From: Eledone cirrhosa
Lineage: Eukaryota
NCBI GenBank assembly: GCA_964016885.1
Contig: OZ024741.1
Span: 69,874,001-69,938,000 of the forward strand
DNA length: 64,000 nt
Direction: 5' to 3'
The notes under the pieces were generated by a model. The model ran no database searches. It saw only the letters and a list, made by a program, of their open reading frames with translations, and was not told where the DNA came from. Both the position numbers and the translations under genes were made by a program. Shown here piece after piece: positions 13,255 through 26,763 of the stretch (position 1 is the first letter of the stretch; the number at the start of each line of letters is the position of its first letter).

Positions 13255-13448
13255 TAAAGTTATATGATTTCGAATACGAAAACAGATAATTATAGGCGAA
13301 GAAGTCATACAGCTAAAAAAATACGAGATTTATTACGTATACAAGGCTACATACAATTTTATAGAAAAGTATGAAATCCTAATATGAACGATTATGAATT
13401 CACGTAGAGCAATAAATAAATAAATAAATAAATAAATATATATATATA

Positions 13449-13498
<50 letters not shown>

Positions 13499-14017
13499 TG
13501 CCATAAATGTGTATAGCACTTAACTGGTTTTACCTTTACGGTTCATTACATATCTGAATGTGCCCTCATACCTCTATACATACATACATACAAACATACA
13601 TACATACATACATACATACATACATACATACATACATACATACATACATACATACATACATACATACATAATTACAGCAGTATTTCTTACTAAGAAGACA
13701 TTTCGCCGACGAAACAAAAGCTTGATTTATAGATATGTTCTAAATGGAAACTTTAGTTTTTACTAAAAGTCTTTATCACCTTTTTCTTTTCCTTTCAATT
13801 CTACTCATTTTTTTAAAACTAAAAATTGATTTGTTGCTTATAGAAGTGGGAATATGGTTGGTATATCATGTTGCCATTTTCATGCTACAAACTTGCATGA
13901 ATATATTCCTTCAATGTCTCAATACGCAACCATACACACGCACGCATACACAGACACATACACATATACACACATACACACACAAACACACACAAAGACA
14001 CACACATATACACACAT

Positions 14018-14048
<31 letters not shown>

Positions 14049-14499
14049 GTTAAACCTAGACACACTCCAAAAACATCATTCCAACATGATCAACAATACC
14101 ACATACGCCCCCCCCCCACCTACTGCATGTGCTAGTTTTTTGCTCTCCTGTCACAGAATACAGTTTTTTTTACACTTCCCAACATTTCCGACGACTTCTT
14201 GTCAGTTCGAGGCTATTTATCCCTCTCTAAACACGTGCCGTTTTGCCTATTTTTCTCTTTTTGATTCTTTTCTTTCCGCACTTTCTTCTATTCTTTTCTC
14301 ATTTTTCAAAGAAGGGCCTACTCCGAAACGTCACAATTAACTATTTTTCGCTTCACTAAAGCGTCAACCTAATAGCTTCAATATGTATGATATACCACCT
14401 GGCCGATTTTGCTTTTGGTTTTTTCGTTCACTATTTCACTATTTATACATAATACATACATACTTACTTACATACATCATATATATATTTTAAAATGTG

Positions 14500-15595
14500 T
14501 GAGATCCTTGGTACAGTTAGGTATATTTGAAAAAAAGGAAGACAATGACTTCACTTGTAGTTCTAAATAATTTGATTTAATTTTATAATATTATAATATT
14601 ATGAGTTGGTAGATCTAGTAAGTTCTTTGTTAACTTCGGTGGGAAGAATTTTAAAGATTCCTGGCTAACTTTCCCAGAGAACTTTCTCGCATTCGTCGAT
14701 GGCGGTGGGGATTGTCAAACTGAGATCAGGTTGTGTTGTGATGTGTGACTCTATATATATAAGAGAGATTTGGATGTGTCTGGGGGGTGGTGTGCGGTGT
14801 TAATGAGTGTGGGAGTGAAGGAGTGTTGATGAATATATATATGTATACATTATATAAATATAAAATTAAGGGTGATTTTCCGAATGGGGGGGGGGGGGGA
14901 GAAACCACAGTATAATAAGGGCGATACATGCGAGGATCCACCAGATGTCTAATTCCGATGGGTTCCCAGGAATTCGGGCCTTCACCGTTTTTCTTCCGAT
15001 GTAAGAGGTGAGCATCATGAATTAATCCATTTTACAGGGAACCGCAGAGTATTTCTTTGCAAGGACCTCGCTTTCGAAGAACACTGAGGTGCTTCTAAGT
15101 TGCTTGACCCTTGCAACGTGTTGTATGTTTAGTATCAAGCCCTTCAGAGTTGTCTCCTCGTGGGATTGTGGGGCTTTTTTGACTTGTTGCCAATACATCT
15201 GTAAGTTATGGGTTTTTTCCAGTCGCTGCCAACACCTCAGGCGGAACACTTATATTGGCTCAGGTTTTCTCAACTGTTACAAGCTTGGCTGCTTGAGCCA
15301 AACATTCTTCCTTTCTTGTTTAGTTTATATGGAACAGTTTCAATGTATTCGCACCCCTGGCTGCGAATGTGCTTTTGTTGTTGTTGTCCTTGTCGTTGTT
15401 GTCGTCGACATTGTTGGTGTTCCTGTTGCTGCTGTTATCGTTGTCGTCGACGTCATCATCGTTTTGTTTTTGTTGTTGTCACTGTTGCTGTTGTTACCAC
15501 ATTTGCTGCTGCTGTCGTTTTTGTTGCCCTTGCCGTTATTATTGTTGTTGCTGTTGTTGATATTTTTGTTGCAGCTGTTGCTGTTGTTACTGTTG

Positions 15596-15627
<32 letters not shown>

Positions 15628-15678
15628 GACCTTCCTGGTGATGTCTATAGTGGTGCTAGTGAATGTTGTAGTGGTGAT
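14500..15678 (-). mobile_element. Possible decayed LINE ORF1-like region with (ACA)n low-complexity stretch
   Basis: Short protein-like minus-strand frames (e.g. TSVFFESEVLAKKYS) preceded by Thr/Gln-type triplets; no diagnostic motif. Confidence 0.25.
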
Positions 15679-15679
15679 G

Positions 15680-15880
15680 AAGGCCAGTAACTTTTTGGGG
15701 GAGGGGGAAAGTCGATTAAATCGACCCCAATACGTTACTGGTGCTTTATTTTATCGACCCCGTAAGGATGAAAGACAAAGTTAACCTCGGTGGGATTTGA
15801 ACTCAGATCATAAAGGGACGTAACTCTATGCTGCAAAGCATCGTTTCCGACTCTCTACCGATACTGCCAATCCACCGGCC
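15680..15880 (-). mobile_element. SINE family 1 copy
   Basis: A box TGGCAGTATCGG, B box GTTCAAATC, Nin core. Confidence 0.85.
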
Positions 15881-15935
<55 letters not shown>

Positions 15936-15936
<1 letters not shown>

Positions 15937-16743
15937 GAGAAAACTGAATTTAGAGATCCACAGACATGGAACTGGTTGAGAAGAGGAGACCTCAAAAAGG
16001 CTACAGAAGGAATGCTAATGGCTGCGCAGGAGCAGGCCCTCAAAACGAAGTGGTTGAAGCACCATATTTACAAGGAGGAGGCTAGCCCACTGTGCAGGAT
16101 CTGTGGAGAGAGAGGGGAGACTGTGGCTCACATTGTATCCGAGTGTAAACACCTAGCCCAGACCCACTATAAGGGCTGGAGACATGATGTGATGGGCAGG
16201 GTGATCCACTGGCACCTGTGCAAAGTAAACAATTTACCACATTCTGAGAAATGGTATGAGCATAGGCCAGAGGCGGTGATGGAGAACGATCAGGTGAAGG
16301 TGCTGTGGGATTTTAGGATACAGACGGACAAGAAACTGGAACACAATAGACCTGACCTGGTGGTTGTGGACAAAGAAAAAAGATCGTGTCTGATTGTGGA
16401 CGTGGCCTGCCCATTCGACACGAGAGTGCAAGAGAAGGAGAGGGAGAAAATTAACCGATACCAGGACCTAAAGTGGGAGGTGAAAAGGATTTGGAACTGC
16501 CATGAAGTCAAAGTGATCCCGATTGTCATAGGCGCACTGGGGACTATCTCCAAAAGTTTCCAGGGATGGTTAAAGAAAATCGGCCCCTTCACGATTTTTG
16601 GAACGCTTCAAAAGGCATGCTTGCTGGGAACAGCAAGAACCCTCCAATACGTCCTGAATATCTGAGGCTGCATGTAGTGGCTTGATATTCATTTCAACAA
16701 ACTTTCCAGTTAAATAACATCAATGATTGAGACTCAAAGAACA
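15936..16743 (+). mobile_element. 5'-truncated R4/Dong-like non-LTR retrotransposon (zinc knuckle + restriction-like endonuclease) in (TAA)n
   Basis: CRIC..HIVSEC, RHD, RPDLVV, IVDVACP, EKINRY; ORF intact to the stop at 16665; (TAA)n on both sides. Confidence 0.88.
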
Positions 16744-16757
16744 ATAATAATAATAAT

Positions 16758-16942
16758 AATTGTTTCTACTTTTGGCACAAGGCCAGCAATTACCCAGTGT
16801 ATTACTGGTACTTTATTTTATCGACCCCGTAAGGATGAAAGGCAAAGTTAACCTCGGCGGGATTTGAACTCATAATGGAAAAGGCCGTAACTCTTTGCGT
16901 CATAGCATGGCGTCCAACCCTCTACCGATAGTGCCAATCCAC
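16758..16942 (-). mobile_element. SINE family 1 copy
   Basis: Same A/B boxes and core; its (TTA)n tail abuts the R4-like element. Confidence 0.85.
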
Positions 16943-17385
16943 TAATAATAATAATATTAATTATGGTTTAGTAATGCGGCAAAAGAACTCTCTGAGAAAG
17001 AAAAAGTAATAATAATAATAATAATGATAATAATGGTGTTGCTGGTAGTGTAAAAGAGTTTAGAAGGATCAAGGAGCTGTATGTATGATGTTCAGTTTTC
17101 GAGAAATTGAATATTTTACACTTAAATTCTCTTTAAAACCTCATCACAGCAATAGAAAGCTCGTATATAAAATAAGTAGATTATCATATTTTTCTTCTTT
17201 GTAGTTTTATTTCAGTTTTCAATTAAGAATATTTTTTTCTTTCTTCTAAAATTAGAGCTAAAAAATTTCACACATATAGACTCACACACACGCACGCATA
17301 CATACACACACACGCACGCACATGCACACACACACACTCACGTATACACACACATGCAAATGTGACTTTCTACTTATTTTTTCAT

Positions 17386-17416
<31 letters not shown>

Positions 17417-17590
17417 AATATATATATTTTATATATATACATTATATATATATATATAAAATAAATATATAAATTTATATTATATATATATATATAATAT
17501 AATTATATAAATTTATATTATATATATATATATAATATAAATTAATATATTTTTTATTATATATATATAATATAAATTAATATATTTATA

Positions 17591-17690
<100 letters not shown>

Positions 17691-17796
17691 CATTCTGCTG
17701 TACGTCTGTATACATATATGTATGTACGTATACATACTTATATTTAAGTAACAGCCGTACTAAGAGTGGGAAATGAAATTTCGTTTCATTTTTTCC

Positions 17797-17801
<5 letters not shown>
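17691..17801 (+). repeat. Solo 5'-truncated fragment of the array B unit in (TA)n
   Basis: Matches 32282-32392 and ends at the same TTTTTTCCGTTTA. Confidence 0.9.
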
Positions 17802-17858
<57 letters not shown>

Positions 17859-18420
17859 GTACCTAGACATATATATATTCCTAATCTTGTAAAATATAAC
17901 ATCTCCCGTGTTGGTCTGAATTTTTCTGACGAGGAATTTCGGCTCTGGAATCATATTCGTTGATAGAATTTCATGTAGAGTTTGAATGTATGTATGTATG
18001 TATGTATGTATGTATGTATGTATGTATGTATGTATGTATGTATGTATGTATGTATGTATGTATGTATGTATGTATCTATGTATGTATGTATGCATGTGTA
18101 GATATGGATGTTATTGTATGTGTGAATGTGTATGTTTTGGTATGTATGGATGTATGTATGTATGTATGTATGTATGTATATACATATATATATATATAAA
18201 TTACATACACAAATACAGACACATATATATAATTACATGATTATTAATGGTGACTGTTTACTTCAAGGTTTCACCCATACTGGCGTCTACTACATGTGGA
18301 TATGAACCTTCGTTTGTACGTTTGTAAGCATGTATGTCTGTATGTATGTATGTATGTATGTACGTTTGTAAGCATGTATGTCTGTATGTATGTATGTATG
18401 TATGTATGTATGTCTGTATG

Positions 18421-18751
18421 CAAAGGGCGGAGGAACTCAGCAGAACCAACGGCTATCCAAATAGTACTTTTCTTTTTACACCTGGGAGTGAAAAGCCTCC
18501 CAGTTGTTGTCACAAGAGAGGAAAACATGCGGCTTCGGAAGCATCCGATGATGTTGGGTAGTGTTTTCCATGCTCAGAGAGTGGGATTGGTCGAGTGCAA
18601 GGCCTTTCCCCACTTAAAAAACCTTAAAACCTCAGGCGTTGCTTGTCAGGATCTGTTATAGGTTCGTGTTACTGGCCGTAGCCTAAAAGTGCACCGAATT
18701 CTATAATCTGACAAGCGATTGCAATACTCTTAGCAAAGTTTGCAGCCACTA
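18421..18751 (+). mobile_element. Non-autonomous RTE-related retroposon, diverged subfamily, (TGTA)n tail
   Basis: GAGAGTGGGA.TGG..TGCA..GCCTTT core and TGCAGCCAC 3' end shared with 18847-19457. Confidence 0.55.
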
Positions 18752-18813
18752 TGTATGTATGTATGTATGTATGTATGTATGTATGTATGTATGTATGTAT
18801 GTATGTATGTATG

Positions 18814-18844
<31 letters not shown>

Positions 18845-18846
18845 TA

Positions 18847-19457
18847 TGTCAGGTCACCAGTTGGTGCTATTGGTAACATGTATTCCAGTACAACCTGTCT
18901 CATGGTCGGGTCGTTGGCGACTAAACTGGCAACCCCACCAAGGTTTCTTGGTGAGGAGGGTGACTTTGGACATCCTGGAGGACTAAAAACAAAACCTGTC
19001 AAAGGGCAAAGGAGCTCTTAAGAGTCAATGGCCATCCAAAATCACCGGGAGAGATGACCCCTTAGCCTTTGTCAAGGCAGAATTCTAGGAGATGGAAAAC
19101 TCTGATATAACACCTGCAACCCTGATGGTATCCAATGATGTTGACATGTTCTTCTTTTTGGTAAATATCATCTTGGTTAAGAGAGTGGGACTGGCTTTGT
19201 GCAGTGCCTTTGCTCACTATAAAAGCTTCACGGCACAGGCATTGCTTTATATCTGGAGATCTCTCTGCACTTGTCGTCACATGGTACCATGGGCCCAGCA
19301 CTATGTGTCAATAATTGTCACAGGTGTAGTGTTTGCACCAGAGTTTTCAAGTCGCTGGCTGGACTAAAAAGTCACACTCGTTCAGCGCATCGGTAGGGGG
19401 TTCTCCTACATGGATATAAAGTAGTGGCTGTACTCGAAAACGAGTTGGCAGCCACCA
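18847..19457 (+). mobile_element. Non-autonomous RTE-related retroposon with (TGTA)n tail
   Basis: GCGACTAAACTGGCAACCCC and CTAGGAGATGGAAAACTCTG motifs; ends GTTGGCAGCCACCA; no coding capacity. Confidence 0.6.
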
Positions 19458-19704
19458 TGTATGTATGTATGTATGTATGTATGTATGTATGTATGTATGT
19501 ATGTATGTATGTATGTATGTATGTATGCATGCGTGTGTGTATGTGTGTATGTAAGTACTGGTGGGGGGGGGGGCTGCACAGTTTTCTGCCTAAAAAATAG
19601 CATTTATAAGGTACTTTTCTATACTAGGATTCAGAGGAAATTATTTATCCAAGGTGCCGTGCAGTGGGCTCGATCTCGGGATAGCTTATTAACGTTAGAG
19701 TGAA

Positions 19705-19940
19705 TGTAGCATGGCCGGATGGTTATAAAGTTCGTTTGGAAGTCCGCCAGATTGACTGTACTTTTAATTCAATAGGCCAGCCTCGTCACACAGTGCTACG
19801 CTGATTCTCCCTGAGAATTATATTATGGATACACGTGTCTGTGGAAGGCTCAGCCACTCATATGTTAGTTTCATGAGTAGGCTGTTCCGTTGATCGAACA
19901 GCTGGAACAATCGTCGTAGAAACCAACGGAGATCCATTCC
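19705..19940 (+). mobile_element. Old SINE-like repeat (family 3)
   Basis: ACACGTGTCTGTGGA..GTTCCGTTGATC..CTGGAAC motif also at ~660-727, 22445-22540, 46978-47050. Confidence 0.5.
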
Positions 19941-21095
19941 ATTCTTAACAACACGGTGATGCCTACGTCAATTAATGTTTTTTATATCGTAGCACAAATA
20001 GTTATTTCTAACTTCTGAATAAGACCACAAAGAAGCTAAGGCTTTCGGCTATTGAATAGACCCTTATTTCACTGGCATTTATTTTATCGTCGCATTACTT
20101 ATGAAATGTAAAGACAACATTAGTTGGATCTGAAATCCGAGCGTAATAAAGCCAATGTCACCACTATCATTCATCATCATCATCGGTTTTATGAAGACTG
20201 GAGTTTATTCCGCTTTTGTGTGGCATTACGCGACTGAGAGTACAAGATTGTGACCTGGACTAAAAGCCAGTCCGTCATACGGCTAATCCCCAGCTGTTGT
20301 TAGCTCTCATTTTTATCTGAGTAAAAACTGGAACAACGTGAAAGGAATATCATTGCTCAAGAACACAACAACGCGTCGCCTGGTCTGGAGATCGAACGCG
20401 CGACCTTACGGTCGTGGGTTTAAAGTCATAATCTACAGTCAAGCATTGAATGCAGTGCATGACTTACTGTTACTGTTTAGATCACTTTTTTGTCTTGGCT
20501 TGTTGTTTAACTCAAGGGACAGCCTTAATAAAGCGAGCTTATATATGACCAAAAGCGCTCTAGCCGTGACTAACGTGTTTTGTTTCTTCTTTCGACATAG
20601 CGTAGTCCTTCCTTTTTGTTTTAAAGGTGTGATTAGAGAGAAATTTGGTTGTTCTTTCTAGCAGGATGAGCAACCGTGTATTAGTTCTCTCGTTGCCTCG
20701 ACGTATTTGTCTTTAAATAAACTGGCGTGTGTTTGGGTATTTTTTCTGGAAGTTATTTCCCTTCTTGTTTTTAACAATTTCAGCTTTTTGTAGATGTTTA
20801 CATAAACTATATCTCTAGGGACTCAATATTTAGAAAAGCGCTTAGAATTTTTCTCCTTCAGCACGATATTTTTTTTCAATCACAGCACGATATTTTGTGT
20901 ACAACTGGCAACTGGCACCATACGTTATTAAGACATAAGATATTTCTCACCATATATTCTACATTAACGTTTTACTCTCATCTATTTTTCAAGCTAAAAA
21001 GACTTTAATTCTTCTTATTCAAAAATGTCCACTGGGGTCAGCAGAAACACGATTTTAATCATTTTTCCATTGTCAACGTTGAATACCATTCTGTT

Positions 21096-21136
<41 letters not shown>

Positions 21137-21636
21137 TATATATATATATATATATATATGAAAAGATTCAGGACCCCGACGGCTGAGCTTCGGCCGTTTC
21201 GACAGCTAAATCCGAACTATATATAGTGAAGGATGAAGTCATGGCTATCATGACCTCCCAGGTGCGAACCCACTACGTAACATCTTTGACAAGCGTCATT
21301 GAATTATAATGTAGGCATAGAACCATCAAATTTTGGGGAAGGGTAAAATTGATTAAGTCTTGACTGTACTTGACTGTTGCTTTATTTTATCATCTGCAGA
21401 ATGGTGAAAGGCAAAAATTGACTTTGAACTGAGATTGTAAAGAACGAGAAGAAATACTGAGTATTTTATCTGACAATTCACCACCCTTTTTGACAAGTGT
21501 CCTTAACCATAACCCCTGGTTCACCCTAAATTTAGTAGATGAAAACTGTGTAGAAGCTCGTCGGGTGGATACATACATTTAAACTCAAAAGTTTAGCTTT
21601 GTCACATATTGTGACATGCTGATTCAGCTAGGGAGT

Positions 21637-21837
21637 TACGGAGGTCGGCCGAAAAGTTCATAGGTAGTCTATGAAGGAGTAATGCTAGAACTGTGAAATC
21701 TTGCATGCATTAATCTCAACTCTTCTTACTAATAACTGCATTGTTTCTTTACAGGGACTATGTTGAGAAATAAACCTCATTTGGTCATTCCAGAGAGTGT
21801 ATTGGTCAACCTATGAACTTTTCGGTTGACCCTCGTA
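21637..21837. mobile_element. Mariner-type MITE
   Basis: Inverted termini GGTCGGCCGAAAAGTTCATAGG / CCTATGAACTTTTCGGTTGACC, TA flanks. Confidence 0.8.
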
Positions 21838-22277
21838 AGTGTGCAATAACTTTACTCCATAAAATACTGCATCTCATAAAGTATCTATACAAATAAGATA
21901 AAGTTGCAGTGGAACTATGTCAGCGACCAGGTCAGAAACAGAGCCTCAAAAATTTAAAACCCCAAAATATAAATGCTTAGTATAAAGTGAATTTAACAAT
22001 TTTTGTTACAGTGTAAATTGCTTTAGTTTCAACAGATGATCTCAGATCAAGTCACTTGCCGAAGAAATACAACTGTGAAATTCGGGGTGTTTTAACAAAG
22101 CTAACAGAACTATATGGAGCATTGTTATGTGTTGCCTAAAGAAGATAACAACTGTGTAACAACTTAATTTTATAAAACACTGCATCTATATAAACAAGAT
22201 AGAGTTGAAGATGAACTATGTCAGTGATCAGAGTATCTTTGTCAGCCTATGAACTTTTCAGCCGACTCTAATATAGC

Positions 22278-22439
22278 TGTTTCTACTTTTAAAGTACCAT
22301 TACTGGTACTTTATTTTATCGACCCCGTAAGGATGAAAGGCAAAGTTAACCTCGGCAGGATTTGAACTCAGACCGTAAAGGGACGTAACTATGCTGGAAA
22401 GCATGGCGTCCGACTCTCTACCGATACTGTTAATTCACC
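22278..22439 (-). mobile_element. SINE family 1 copy
   Basis: Nin core and B box. Confidence 0.8.
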
Positions 22440-22881
22440 AAGTGCATATACATCTGTGGAATATTAATTAATTCACCAGCTGGAAGTTCAGTTGATCGAA
22501 CCACTGAGTGATCATCGTCGAAACCGACAGAGGATCCATCATATTGTGGAGTAGATGATTCTCAAGTTTGATAAATTATTTTAGGAGCAATACATATTTT
22601 TAAAGGATACATTTCTTTCGTTTTCCCCGCATTTTCTTCTGATTAAGCGTTTTTTTTGTTTTCTTCGTTTTCAAATATAGTAAGCAGGTGTTTATACAAA
22701 TGTGATTAATATCAAACTATTTAGTATTATATGTCGCGAGTTAACTCTTGCAAGACAACAAATTGGCAGTCATTAGAATCTCGGTTAGGATATTTTGCGG
22801 CATTCGTTCCGGCTTGCTACACTCTAAGTTCCAATCTCGCTTTACCATTCATTCTTTTGAGGTGGATAAATAAAGTATGTA

Positions 22882-23060
22882 GGCGGCGAATTGGTAAAGT
22901 TGTTGGAACGTTGGAAATAATGCTTTGTAGTATTCGCTCGGTTCCCTGCTCTCTGAGTTCAAATCCCGCCGAGGTGAACTTTGCCTTCATCCATTCGAAG
23001 TCGATAGAAAAGTAACAGTCTAATACTGGGTCGATTCTTCTTCTATATCTCTTTCTCATT
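22882..23060 (+). mobile_element. SINE family 2 (older, truncated)
   Basis: GGCGGCGAATTGG head, GAGTTCAAATCC, diverged Nin core. Confidence 0.7.
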
Positions 23061-23424
23061 TCATTCTTTGTGTGTATGTGTGTATGTGTGTATGTTTAGT
23101 TTCGTAAGTAATAAAATGTGCTGACAACATGAGTTGTATTACATGTGGCCCAATGTATTTAATTACAAAAACAACCAAATTACTAACTGGAAATACTATA
23201 AAACTTTATAATAGTTATATCAGAAGAGCTTTTGGGAACGTATCAGTGGCATTAAGACCGAGTGTGTTTTTGTTGTTTGTTTTGTTATAAATTAATCAGC
23301 TGGTGAGGGAGTGGGGCAATATCTATTACCTTCGCAGTTCCTACCAAACCAGACCAAACCTGATCACAAGACCGACTTTAGGCGGTGCCGGGCCCAATTT
23401 GATGTTACATATATATTGATGTCT

Positions 23425-23993
23425 AATTTAAGAAGGCCAGAAAGATAAGCGTAAAAGCCAAAGTCGCTATCTTCAATTCCGTATTCGTGCCACCCTTACC
23501 TATGGTCACGAATATTTGGTAATGACCGAAAGAATATGATCGCGAATACAAGAGGCAGAAATATGGTTCCTCCGAAGGGTCTTTGGAGTAATGTTACTCG
23601 ATAAAGTACGTAACTCGGAGATGAGAGAGTCACTCCAGGTAGAGTCGCTACTTCTCTGAATTGAGAGATCCCGGCTCCGATACTACAAACATGTGAGAAT
23701 GTCTAAGGAAAGAATCGCGGGACATATTTTACGGGCAAAACCAACGGGCAGGAGAGCCAGGGGTAAACCTCCAGCAAGATGGTTGGATAACATCAATGAG
23801 CGTGGCGGGTCTCGCTTGGGGATCCAGCCGGATCAGTTGGAAACGGTTGCTTCTGACAGGACCCGCTGGAAGAATTGTTTGAGGACTCTGTCCCACGACC
23901 TTCTCAGGCATAAGTGGGAGAAGAAGAAGAAGAAGAAGAAGAAGAAGAAGAAGAAGAAGAAGAAGAAGAAGAAGAAGAAGAAGAAGAAGAAGA
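23425..23993 (+). mobile_element. RTE-clade LINE 3' fragment with (AAG)n tail
   Basis: LTYGHE, FLRRVFGV..DKVRN, KPTGRRARGKPPARWLDNI; same family as 841-2400. Confidence 0.85.
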
Positions 23994-24639
23994 CAGAAAT
24001 TTGAGGGAAGAGCAAACTTGATGAAATCAACTCCAGTACTTGACTGGCAATTTATTTTATCAATCCCGGAAGGATGAAAAGCTACGTTGATCTTAGCAGG
24101 ATTTGAATTCAGGATGTAAAGAATCAGAACAAATATCGCAATGATATCTTATCCGACTGACGCTCTAGCAATTTTGTCAATTCGCCACCTTTGAGTTTTA
24201 CATATATATTGTGTGTACTTGGTAAGCCGAGGGGTCTAATTGGGAGCAATTAGTCCAATTTGCTTAAGTCCGACCTAGTCATACCAGACATAACTAGACC
24301 CCCAGGGACCGTCTTCAGGGGTGCAGGGTCGAAATGGGTGTTACATAGAAATTTCAATGTGTTGGTGTGTTTATTTGCGAAACCGAGAGTGAGGCTGAAA
24401 TTTCAAGAACATTTCTGGAGGTAGAAAAATTAAGATGTCGGCGGAAAGAGACCGGACCGAGTATGTGGTCCGAATGGTGCTTATCACGTAGTGAACTTCG
24501 AGTAACATCTTGCAGCCTTTCGATATCAGCCCACGCATGAATACTCCTGCTTCTATGATAAAGAAAAAAAACCATCTGTCGATATTTGAAAATATTCATA
24601 CGTAAATTAAAATCTTCAATTATACTTTTATATAAGAAC

Positions 24640-25320
24640 TTTTAAATATTTTTGTAGAATGGCTGACTTACCTACATTTCGATGTGGAAATGTTTACCCG
24701 AAATACGTTCGAAATTTGTTACAAGACAAACTCGAAAATAAACAGGCGGCACATAATGGGAACCAGCAGTCCGGGAAAAAGCTACATATTGCGTTCTATA
24801 AGAAATGGATTCATGAATTGTAGAAGGATGCGCTGCCAAACATCCGATAACTTCTCATTCAGCAGTTGTATTGATAAGACATTAATATACACTGACGAAA
24901 TGCGGTTCACCACAAACAACATAGAAGAAGCCAAATGTATACACGAAAGCTCTCCAACACAAGTCAACATAAAACATTATCCGGAAAGAATATTTAAAAG
25001 AACGCCATATCTCAGTACTAGCAATACAGAGCCATGGAACATTGTAATGAATGAAAAGAATGCCATTCTCCACAGGATATATTTCTATGAAACTTTCAAA
25101 CCAATGCCAAAACTTAAAGAATGGGGGATGGTAGAACTGAATCCCTTAATGTGGCTAACAGTTTGGAAAGACTACATTAATAAGTTCATTGCTAAAAAAT
25201 ATACCAAATATACATGACCAGCGAAACTCAGAAACCAACAAAACGATTCCTATATGATGATCTACAATCACCAGAAAAGAAAAGAAAAATATCAGAAGTT
25301 AGGAAACAACTTGAATTCAA
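24640..25320 (+). pseudogene. Endogenous parvoviral NS1 (SF3 helicase) fragment
   Basis: Walker A GTSSPGKS, Walker B LIYTDE, B' KCIHES..VNIKH, motif C TPYLSTSN in ORF 24684-25217; basic PEKKRK downstream in another frame. Confidence 0.75.
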
Positions 25321-26128
25321 ATTACAGACTAAAAGTAATGTCAGTTAGACCCAGACCGACCTGCATAATCAAGTGTAAATCAAGGCCGAGATTTCCATGT
25401 GTGACTCATTAAACACACCAACAAACTCACCAACAAGATCAGAAAATGAAAATGAAGCACTGAATGGCAACGACTGGAACCCCAGTCATACACTTAGTTG
25501 TATTAAATAAACTAGATCACCCTTATAATTTATTCATGCATTTCTTATAGGCATTAGGAACGAACTTGAGGTGAAATAATGTAAAAATAGAAACGGAATC
25601 TTGCTGAATGCCAACCTCCGTTTCACAAGATTAAGCAGGAACTATTTCTTAGAAATTTCTAACATATACATATAGTTATATATCTAGATGATAGATAGAT
25701 AAACAGACAGGTAGATAAATAGATGAATGGATGGTTCGACAGTGAGTGGGTTAGTTAGAGTTTTGGTATTTGAAGATGAAGTAGCATGTGTAGAATTATG
25801 GTTTGAGAGCGTATTGGATGGAAAGAACCAACAACTCCTGAAGAGTAGATGACATTAGTAGATGTAGAAAGAGTTGAAGTAGTAAAGGGAAGGCACAAAT
25901 GAACAATCTGGTAAGAAGAGCTGATGATACATACCAAACAGTAAGGTGCGGATGAAATTATTTATGAAATTGACTGTGAGAATAACTTGAAGGTAACATA
26001 AATACCATAACACTAGACCGTAAAATACCATTACACCACACCATGACATACCATAGATCTTTATACACAATACGTTTAATGTAGAGCAACTAACGATATG
26101 ATATATAATTAAAAGATAGTATACGGAA

Positions 26129-26763
26129 CAGCGGTCGCCAACCGGTGGTCCGAGAGAAAATTTTGGTGGTTCGCAGAAAAATGTGGACATTATTTTCAAT
26201 TTTTATGTTTTATTAATAATTGTTTCTACTTAGGCACAAGGCCAGCAATTATCCAGTACATTACTGGTACTTTATTTTATCGACCCCGTAAGGATGAAAG
26301 GCAAAGTTAACCTCGACGGGATTTGAACTCAGACCGTAAAGGGACGTAACTATGCTGGAAAGCATGGCGTCCGACTCTCTACCGATACTGCCAATCCACC
26401 GCCCTTATGTTTTATTAATAATAAAACAAAAATAATATCCTGTTAAGATATATTTTATAACACCCCTACAAAATGTTTCCCCTCAGTAAAAAACTAACAT
26501 CCATGAAAATAATTTTACACATGTATATCATCTATCGACAATATGACACATGTACGCTTCAGATTTATAATTTTGTTATAATTAAATAAGCATTTATAAT
26601 TTGTTATATTTAATAGGTGCATTTCATATTAATAAAATGGAAGTTCTCTGATCATTATTTTACAAATGTATTTATCTTTTTAAAAAACTTCATGTTAGTG
26701 GTCCGCGGGGTTTACAATCATGAATTTAGTGGTCCGTGACGTCCGAACGGTTGGCGACCACTG
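26129..26763. mobile_element. hAT (Charlie-like) MITE with a nested SINE
   Basis: TIR CAGCGGTCGCCAACCG / CGGTTGGCGACCACTG; 8-bp flanks ATACGGAA/ATATAGAA. Confidence 0.8.
26221..26404 (-). mobile_element. SINE family 1 copy with 18-bp TSD
   Basis: TTATGTTTTATTAATAAT at 26203-26220 and 26405-26422. Confidence 0.9.

Noticed and set aside
15089-15784. 231-aa Leu/Val-rich membrane-like ORF
   Set aside because: Product of (GTT)n-type low-complexity sequence running into a SINE
17920-17980. CTGACGA in a TA-flanked insert
   Set aside because: No GAAA or stem III found
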